From a bacterium (lineage in GTDB: Bacteria; UBA8248), in NCBI GenBank assembly GCA_965213685.1, contig CBDBZY010000064.1, forward strand, positions 608,001-672,000: DNA of 64,000 nt, written 5' to 3'. The position numbers and the translations under genes are program-made. Under the pieces are notes generated by a model. The model saw only the letters and a program-made list of their open reading frames with translations. It was not told the DNA's origin and made no database searches. Shown in pieces: positions 49,376 to 64,000 of the stretch; position 1 is the first letter of the stretch; every line of letters begins with the position of its first letter.

Positions 49376-50624
49376 ATGGAAGGAATCTTGGGCCTTGCCA
49401 TGGTGCTCTTGGCTACGGGACTGCTGTTTGCCCCTACTTCCTGTATGCCAATTTATGCTCCACGGGTGGGCCCAAGTTCCATCCCATCACTCCAGAGCAC
49501 TAATGGACAACCCCAAGCAAGCCGCACTTGGAACATACCACAGGCTCAGGAAGCATCTCCCAATGAACAAGTGGCAGAGAAGGAACAGCTAGGATCATTG
49601 ATTCGGGGAGCTTGGAATATCTATAGGAACAGACACACCCCCAGTGATGCATCAAACATGCAGACCAACCGGAATGACTTTGCCATGAGTGGGAAAATCA
49701 ACCTGGGTGCTCTTACTGACCAACTGAATGCTCTTACTCTCCAGCTGTTGAATAGTCAGCCCTCTGCACATACCCCAACTGAGCCAGTGGCGGAGGCTCA
49801 GCGCAAGAGGTACTGGCCAATCGTTAGGAATTTCCTGGACAACATTCTCTCTCCAACAGACGCACCAAGTGAGCAGCCTGACACAAATACACTTGCTGAG
49901 AGTCTGGAGAATACCTTGAATAGGCAGATTCTCGTAGGAGCAGGCCCTCAGCCAGTAGCTAGGACTCAGGTCTGGTCATCTATACGCAAGTTTGTGGGAG
50001 ACCTCTTCGGTAAGTCGTGCTTGATAGATTGCACGTGTTCAGATGCGTACAAGTAGGTAAATCTTACTATAATGCGACAGATTTGTATACGTGCGTACAT
50101 ATAGCAGGTTACGCACTAGCCACGTTGTATATGACTGTAAGAACTACCACGAATGTGCGTGTACATGCATTTTTTCCTCCGCAATGAGAACATTTCCTCT
50201 CCCACTCCTTCCCTCCTGTATAGCCCCAAAATGCAGCGATGCACTATACATCATGGTCTACACCGGCAGAACCAGGAATGCATCCACCGCGGACACGCCC
50301 GACGTGGAGCTGCAGGTGGGTGAGGAAACCGAATTGGTTTCTCTGCCCCAGCTCCCGGGAGAGGAATTCGTCGCAAACAAGGGAGACCTGTGGAGGATCA
50401 ACCTCTCGGACTTCGGCTTCACAGATACCTGCATCACTAAGGGAGATGTGCAGAGGATCACTCTGGTTGAGGAAGGGAACGATGGATGGCTGATAGACTC
50501 CGTCGTGACGTTCCTGAGGACCGAGGACTCCTTCACTCTGCTGTCCAGCGATATCGACGTAAGCCGCTGGATCGATGGAAATGGAGGGTCGGAGTTGGAG
50601 CGCTTCAGCCTGAGCATCGCCTAA
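49376..50624 (+). CDS. Secreted protein: signal peptide, pro-region with repeated amphipathic peptides, C-terminal PLAT/LH2 domain; exons 49376-50009 and 50224-50624; 344 aa; copy C (intact)
   Basis: Hydrophobic N-terminus MEGILGLAMVLLATGLLFAPTSC; GTAAGT...TAG intron splices in frame (DLFA-PKC); exon 2 YIMVYTG...ASTAD...F...DGWLIDSVV...RWID fits the PLAT consensus. Confidence 0.8.
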
Positions 50625-51974
50625 GTACACATGTCAAACAGAGAGTGCGATTAATGTAATAATGTGAAAAAAAACACTCATCTAGAGGATTCTTTAGCCG
50701 TAGGAAGTGTGTTCCCTTCACATAATTTGTGTTGAAATAATCAAAAATACTGAAACAACCTTAGAGATGACAACGCAATGAAATATCAAAAGAAGGTACG
50801 TTTCCAAATGTGTCTGAGTTGCCATAAAGCCTCCTGTAGTACAAGTACAGCCTTAGCTGTCAAACAATGATAAAATAATACTTTTGTTCACAAACGTCCT
50901 GAACAAAACAATATAGCTACCTATTAGTACAAAAATTCCGGAACACAAGTACTTTTTCGTAGCATACACAATCTACTTCTGACTCCCTTTTTCTCAATGA
51001 CCATGTGTTGCTGATTTAATTGACAGCAAAATTATAGTAATGGTTGTCAGCTACACAGCCTTAGATGCAACAGAAGACTGTGCCCAGCTAGAACACTGCG
51101 CAGAAATGAATGCTTTGTGGCTCACAATGGCAGGTGGATTGTCACACTCTCTTCAGTATGCAGTGCACTTACATGTATGTGTAGGTTAGGAACCCAACGC
51201 GAGACAAATCGAAATTCTCGAATCCCCGGGCCCAGGGTGTAGCTACCTCGAGGGCGAAGCCCGCACGTGGGATTCTAGAACCGAGGATTTAGAAAATGGC
51301 TCGAGGTATTGTTGGCGGCCGGAGCGAAAAAGTCATTATCACCTCGGCACTTTATAGATGCCATTTTCTTATTTTAAGGAAAGAATATTAACCTGAGAAG
51401 CGGGCAACCTTCGTAGAGCCATAGATAACTAATGTCCGCATCCATCATCTATGGTACATGTATAGAACGGATAATCTACCGTGTTGGTACTTGCTACAGA
51501 TACACAAGATTGGTACTCTGCATTGGAGGATGACAAGGAAGTCTGTGCTATGGTCTTTGACTGTCAAAAACCATCTTACACTGAACCCATCAACCAGTGA
51601 TTGAAAAATCTCTTTCAGTCCATGCATATTAGGTAATTATCTCATGACTTAACTCGTCAACTATGGCGGTGAGTGGACAATCATTAGGAACACGGCTGAT
51701 TATTGACTTACACCAAGATAATAAGTTCTATCTTAAGGTGACAATTTTTTGCGGGTACTAAATAAATGTTTGAAATATTCGCGGACTGGCACAAAAACAC
51801 AAAATTTTGTACACGTAAACAAACGTTTTACTAGCTTGTAGCCTTCTCAACATTACCACATTTCTATTGAAGACTATACATGTTCACTGCCATCATTCCT
51901 TATGTACATGGTTGAAGAAATGTTACAGTGTTTCAAAACAAAGTAAGTGATTTCTGTTTGGATAGGATATTAGA

Positions 51975-52940
51975 TCATGAGTTATCAAAACTGTACTGAG
52001 AAAAGAAAGGAAATCTCTTCATCCTCCACTCAACGTACTGCACCACATCTCTCTCCCACACCACATTGTCTCTGCTCCTGGAGATGTTCCTAAAGACCTT
52101 CTCGTGGCATGCCGTAACATAGTCTGCAGGACAGGGTACCTCCAGCACTGTACAGATATGCTTTATGACCTCCTGTGGATGTCTGATGAAATCTTCACTG
52201 TGGATATCAATCACATGTGCAAACTCAGACACTTTTAGCACTGTTTCAGCAAACCAGAATATCATTTTGATGTAGTATCTCAACTTCTGAAGTTCCAAAA
52301 GTACTTGATTTCCACTCTGTCGCATGGCCCTCATGTCATCTTCATGGGCAAACCGATGCAAAGCACCGGTTGCTATCATGTCAAATGGATTTCTCACCAC
52401 ATGAAACATAACAATTGGCACTCCAACAACATCTCTTAGCATCTCAAAACAAGCCTTTGACTCATTAAAACGTCTACTAAATGTTGCAGAGAGATATCCT
52501 CCACTCTTGTCACCGATGATTTTCAGCTGACGGAATGTTCCCTGCCAAGATGTTGGGATACGTAGATTATAGCCCTTACCAATGTCCCTCTCACTCCTCC
52601 ACCCACTCATCTGGATGGCATTATTGTAGCTATTATTGTAGAGCTTGCTGAAGAGCACGCCCTTGTCCTGCAGTAGACTGGGCCTGTTCAGTAGAGCACA
52701 TTCTTCCAGTATCCTGTACTCGTGTGCTATTACAATGTTTGGGTGTGCATCCATCATGCTGCCAATGATACTGTGACCACTTCTGGGGTAGCCAATGAAG
52801 AGGACTAACTTTTCCACACCATCCACTTCAGATTGGGACAGTGAGACATTGACACCAGTTGTCTTGTCTTTGTACAGCACAGAGCACATATATAATAGCA
52901 CTAAGAATACCAGCACCACGACAACAGTACTCCTCTTCAT
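51975..52940 (-). CDS. Type II membrane sulfotransferase (TPST-like/Sulfotransfer_3), intronless coding region, ~321 aa
   Basis: Likely start MKRSTVVVVLVFLVLLYMCSVL (TM anchor); 5'-PSB loop FIGYPRSGHSIIGSMMDAHP; GDKSG; 3'-PB motif HVVRNPFDMIAT; IHSEDFIRHP. Confidence 0.85.
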   Translation of the reverse strand: MKRSTVVVVLVFLVLLYMCSVLYKDKTTGVNVSLSQSEVDGVEKLVLFIGYPRSGHSIIGSMMDAHPNIVIAHEYRILEECALLNRPSLLQDKGVLFSKLYNNSYNNAIQMSGWRSERDIGKGYNLRIPTSWQGTFRQLKIIGDKSGGYLSATFSRRFNESKACFEMLRDVVGVPIVMFHVVRNPFDMIATGALHRFAHEDDMRAMRQSGNQVLLELQKLRYYIKMIFWFAETVLKVSEFAHVIDIHSEDFIRHPQEVIKHICTVLEVPCPADYVTACHEKVFRNISRSRDNVVWERDVVQYVEWRMKRFPFFSQYSFDNS

Positions 52941-53235
52941 CCTACACTTCCCTCTGTAACTCATGTAAGTAGCTAGGTGTACATATAGCTCTAGCTCTGG
53001 CATGCTCTGCACAACTACATGTGGAAACACAGCAAACGTTCTTCTGCTAGTATCTATGGGAGGACTTGCAGGCTCCATGCCATGTGTACATAGGGATATG
53101 ATGCATTGGAGGGAATGCATGAAACCCCTGGCTGGCATGCATTCCACTGCAGCTAGGTGCTTCATACCAGTAACAAATATGCAAGCTGGAATTTGCCAGT
53201 AATCAATAATAATTACATCAATTGATCTTTGTTAC

Positions 53236-53310
53236 ATTGGTAAGGTCGAACAGGTTGAAAGTGAATTCCTTGGCTTCTTCATCTGTCATGACCTGGATGT
53301 GAAGTGTCCA
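53236..53310 (-). pseudogene. CAT: Isolated catalase exon fragment
   Basis: WTLHIQVMTDEEAKEFTFNLFDLTN followed by a GT donor resembles heme catalase WTFYIQVMT...FPFNPFDLTK; no other catalase exons recognised. Confidence 0.7.
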
Positions 53311-53413
53311 GTAGACAAAGTGCATGTGCCAGTTCATATATACGTGTAACACTATATCATAGCCACATATGTATACATACATACATACATACATACATAC
53401 ATACATACATACA

Positions 53414-53444
<31 letters not shown>

Positions 53445-53763
53445 GGGTGACAAGAAATCATAAAAACATTACAACCCCCAAACACATTATGTCATTGAAT
53501 CTCCTGTACATAATACAATTAATGTTATGCAAGAGGTACGCACTGTGTGTATGCCGTACATACATATAGTTCCCTTGGCCAATAGCCTTATAAAGGTCTC
53601 TGAAGGCATATTATGGATTAGTGCCTACAACAATGTCACCTGTTCATGGAACATATACTTGATGCCCTGATTGGTTGGTGCACTGACAAGATAAGGGAGG
53701 AAGGAGGGAAGGAAAGGGAGGAGGAGAAAACAGACAAGAAGAGGAAGTATGCAAGTGAGAGAA

Positions 53764-53798
<35 letters not shown>

Positions 53799-54045
53799 GA
53801 GACAGACAGACAGATAGACAGACAGAAAGACAGACAGACAGACAGATAGACAGACAGATGGATAGACAGGCAGACAGACAAACAGATGGATAGACAGACA
53901 GACAGACGGACAGACAAACAGAGAGACACACAGACACACAGACAGACATGGCTTGTAACAACTGTGGTGGGCTCACAACAACAACAGCTGGCACTTAGCA
54001 GTCACATTCAGATATATACCAGTTGTGGCCAACAACTAACTGTTC

Positions 54046-54252
54046 TAATGGACTGAACTGCAGAAAGCTTAGGCAGGAATACATAATACACAACGTTTCA
54101 GCTATGATGCCTTCTTCAGGTGTGACTATACACCTGAAGAAGGCATCATAGCTGAAACACTGTGAATTATTTACACCTGAAGAAGGCATCATAGCCGAAA
54201 CATTGTGAATTATGTATTCCAGCCTAAGCATTATCTGCACTTCAGTCCATTA
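54046..54252. ncRNA. Palindromic Penelope-like terminal remnant with three minimal hammerhead motifs (54088-54123 minus; 54130-54165 and 54173-54207 plus)
   Basis: Minus copy reads ACAC-CTGAAGA-AGGC-ATCATA-GCT-GAAA-CGTT-GTGT; the whole segment is an imperfect inverted repeat. Confidence 0.75.
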
Positions 54253-54264
54253 AATTTGATTTAC

Positions 54265-54295
<31 letters not shown>

Positions 54296-54987
54296 GGGAG
54301 AAAAAACATTTGCCCTATAGCTCTCACCTCCTATGTAGGTAACATTTTCACGTAACTGATAAGATTACATTCTCGTATGACCACATTGGCTATGTTAACA
54401 AAATAATTCAAAGAGCAAGGATGCTGGTCTGTTCAATGAGTCTCTCCTCAAATCCAGCAAGAGTGACATCATCGTGGTGGTCTTCCTCATCTTCCCCACG
54501 GGGACCAACAGCTTCAACGTGGAGAGTCTGAAGGGGCAACTACAGCGAGGAACAGCTGCAGTGAGGAGCTTGCATGTGTGTCTTAAATATATTTACTCTA
54601 TGCTAATCAGTACACATAATAGTTATACCGCGAGTCCAAGAATTATTCTACGTGGAGCTAATGGCGTCACAGGGATGCTCAAGACACTCTGTCCATAGAT
54701 TTGATGGTTAACACTCTATGCTATGTCGTAGCCATGACCCTCCCCGCGCGCGGTGCTCGGTGTGAAATAGCGCGTAGAGTCGAAACTGTAACAGGGCTAA
54801 GTCGGGAGGGGGGGGGAATGACGTAATCGCAAAGGGTCTATATATTGGCTAGGCTGCTCGCGCATACCACAATCAAGAGACTCTCCCTCTCCGCTCGGAT
54901 ATGCCTGCCCATTAAGCGAAGACTACGCTGCTACACGCGCCCGTCATGTCCTTGGAGCTAGAACCGACAGTTTAATACCCTGCGCTC

Positions 54988-61413
<6,426 letters not shown>

Positions 61414-61499
61414 TACTCCTGCTCCTCACTGATGATGTATAGATATTGCTTCATGTTGGTATTCCTAATCTCTACACTGTCCATGAAATACTAAGTTAC

Positions 61500-62080
61500 T
61501 CAACTTACATACATGTCAATGTAAAAAGTACTGTAAGGCAAGTTGAAGGTGGTGCACTGGAGAGCGTTGGCCTGTAAGCATGTGTATGGACAAAGGGATG
61601 TGGTTTAACTATATAACCTGAAACATTTCTAGCAGTCACTATTTTACTGCATCAGGTGTTATGCCTTTGCCTAGTATTGGAGTTGTACTGGTCTGGTCAG
61701 TCTCCATTGGGCCACCTTACCTCAAATGCATGAAGCATGGAAGAGTACAGATTTGACAATAGCTGTAGGGGATGTGGTCAAGATCCAACTGACCCTTCAC
61801 ATTTCTTGTGCTACTGCACCACCTAGGGAAGTCTTGTTACAAGGTAAAGTTTCATCAGTATGCAGATATTGACTGTACTGTATGCCATTAGTATTTACTG
61901 CACTCCACACGTGCCATCAATCATCCACACACTCACACTCACTGGATGTAGAGCAGGAAACTGGGGGATGCTGCTTTGCATGGTGATGTAGCAACAGATG
62001 CTATGCTACTTGATGAAGGAGCTGATACTAACACCACAAGTGGATACGTGAATGAGAGACAGCGTACACTCTCCAAGTAG
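61500..62080 (+). pseudogene. Decayed ankyrin-repeat coding remnant
   Basis: DAALHGDVATDAMLLDEGADTNTTSG at 61967-62044 and FTALH near 61895; multiple stops and frameshifts. Confidence 0.5.
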
Positions 62081-63405
62081 ATAGTACTTTACTCTGTCTC
62101 ATGTCTATGGCTCAATGAGCTAATTTTATGAGCTAATTTTATATTTCCTCTTTCACATGAAAGATTATGATGATTAGACTCCACTAGTCTTCCTCAGGTC
62201 ACTACTATATACAGCCACTGAAAAGACAGTTACATTGCAGTTGTAGTAGACACTCCACACATACCATCATGCACGTAACAATGTATAACAATGGCAATGG
62301 CACAATAGAAAAGGAAGTAGAAAGAAAGATGACTAGACCAAAATAGAGTAAATGAAGTATGAAAGAGAAGGAAGATAAAAATAAAATCTAAAAAGGAACC
62401 ATCAATACAAACAGTTACAAATATGTCACATGAGTGTTCCAAATAGGGCTAACAGCCAAACCCTGGACATATATAGTGTACAAGGTTGACAGACTTCACA
62501 TGGTTGACAGAGTTTACAAGGTTGAAAGGGTTAATAGGGTTTGCAGTTGACATGGTTGAAAGGATTGACAGTTAACATGGTTGACAGCTTTGACACTATG
62601 GGAAGTTAGGACAAGGCTACTATTATACCATGTGGCCTAGTTGAAAACAATGGCTCAGTGTCACCCACTCTGCAAAAATATGTGAAGTGTCACTCATGGT
62701 TCAGTAAAACAATGTTCTTAACATGTCTGCTTTGGATACTACATGTATGTGCAAGTGTAACAGAGTAATGTACTTTGTGCAATAGGTTTTAAAGAAACTT
62801 TGAGAATAATCTGAAACATGTAAAGAATAATAGATGAAGTATTGGGAATAATCTGAAGATTTGAAAGAATAATTCTGGGAATAAAGGAATAGAATAATAG
62901 GGAGACTTTGGGGAATAATGGCCTATGTTAGTCTAGTAACCAATCAGAGATTTGTGGCACATGTTGTGATGGAGGAACAAACATACTGCACTCTGTCATT
63001 GTCAAAGTTCAATACAATTTGGATGTCTGAAATCAGAATTAGCCGTTTTAATGCAGCATATTGAAGGCATTAATTACAATGTTCAGTAATATTGGACTTG
63101 AATTGGACCAAATATTCACACACTGATTATCACCTGTATCTTCTTGTCTTTTGTTTGGTATTGTTTGTGTGTGACTAGTGTTGCTATGGTTATTCCACAC
63201 CAGATGCACAGTTAGGAGTATATTGTGATGTGAGCTACATGTATGACTGTAATGCTCTGAGCTGTTGTGCATAAAATAAGTAAACACACACTTGAAGAAG
63301 CTAAAGCAACACTCAGTACACTCTAGAATATACAAAATCACTAATGATAAGCACTCTATACAGCAATATCAGTTGCTATTAAGTAACAATAATTTGTGTT
63401 TGGGT

Positions 63406-64000
63406 TCAAGCATGTGTAGAAGGCATTAATCGGTCTCTCTCAGTTGGATGTCTCTCATTCGGGTCACGAAGAGAAGGAAGATCATCATCATTGTCGCCTG
63501 CAGAAACCCTCTCCAGCCTCCACTTCTTGTACCTTGTTATCAACTTCTCTGTTGCAAGAACAATAACACACATGAGTGGTAGAAAAATCAGTACAGTTTG
63601 AATTGTCGATGTAATAATGACAGTCTTCTTCATAAATCGCTGCTCTCCTTTTCCATACACTGCTTCTGAGAAGTTGTACAGTGTAATACTATTGATGACA
63701 GTGAGGTTAGTGAGGAGCAAGGAATCAATTATGTTGTGTTTTCTTTCCTTGTAGGGTTGAAAAATTGCATGCAAAGCCAGGATTAGGATCAGCTGCAGTT
63801 CTACAACTGTATAAAACTGCAGCAGAGTTCGACAGTATGCGTAGGCAGCCAACGCAATTGCACGATAAAGAAAATATAAACCTGCAAAGAAGCGCAGGTT
63901 GTCTTTGAAAGAACTTTGAAAGGAATCCAGGAGTTGAATAGGCATTACTCTCCACAGCACAGTGGCAATCTTAGACTCGCTCAGTTTGCAAATGCCTAGT
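63406..64000 (-). CDS. C-terminal part of a multipass membrane protein (open to the window edge)
   Basis: Several TM helices with LLDSFQSSFKD..RFFAGLYFLYR and QPYK...NIIDSLLL motifs, as in TRP-C-like multipass families expanded in basal animals. Confidence 0.75.
   Translation of the reverse strand, partial: LGICKLSESKIATVLWRVMPIQLLDSFQSSFKDNLRFFAGLYFLYRAIALAAYAYCRTLLQFYTVVELQLILILALHAIFQPYKERKHNIIDSLLLTNLTVINSITLYNFSEAVYGKGEQRFMKKTVIITSTIQTVLIFLPLMCVIVLATEKLITRYKKWRLERVSAGDNDDDLPSLRDPNERHPTERDRLMPSTHA

Larger units (their letters stand above)
39972..51180. repeat. Segmental duplication unit (LINE remnant + PLE remnant + fucosyltransferase + PLAT gene)
   Basis: 39972-47495 matches 12263-18750; 48930-51180 matches 20910-22315 and 37770-39971. 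Sharp junction at 39972 inside the LINE RT. Confidence 0.9.

Noticed and set aside
52941-53165. 75 aa N-terminal extension of the sulfotransferase ORF
   Set aside because: Type II anchor starts at MKRST (52940); the extension has no recognisable features and may be UTR or intron.
54310-54530. Minus-strand exon-like block with VGPRG/PVGKM, tempting as more catalase
   Set aside because: Matches are very short, in different frames, and interrupted by stops; identity cannot be supported.

Overview
Eukaryotic (animal) genomic DNA with spliceosomal GT-AG introns, abundant TACATGTA, (CA)n and GGGA microsatellites and heavy transposon nesting. The gene families and repeat style suggest a demosponge, but this is inference. 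Host genes, left to right: the 3' part of a multi-exon coiled-coil + SAM-domain gene (+, 662-9792) whose introns hold a decayed antisense Ig-like gene; a sulfotransferase pseudogene; two near-identical intronless type II membrane O-fucosyltransferase-like genes (17151-18686, 45892-47427); three copies of a two-exon secreted protein made of a signal peptide, repeated VAxx(x)Q-flanked amphipathic peptides and a PLAT domain (one intact, two independently broken); a MACPF-like gene with a nonsense codon in its C-terminal exon; an intact TPST-like sulfotransferase; a multi-exon death-domain/DED-like/MIU-like gene trailing into decayed ankyrin repeats; and the C-terminus of a multipass membrane protein. 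The fucosyltransferase and PLAT genes lie in a local ~11 kb segmental duplication. Mobile DNA includes an apparently intact six-exon Ginger-type transposon carrying Ulp1-PHD cargo, AcademH-type, piggyBac-, EnSpm-, MULE- and Tc1/pogo-type non-autonomous elements, CR1/L2-like LINE remnants, Penelope-like remnants with minimal hammerhead ribozymes, and tRNA-derived SINEs. All exon models were built by eye from splice signals and frame continuity; no searches were run.
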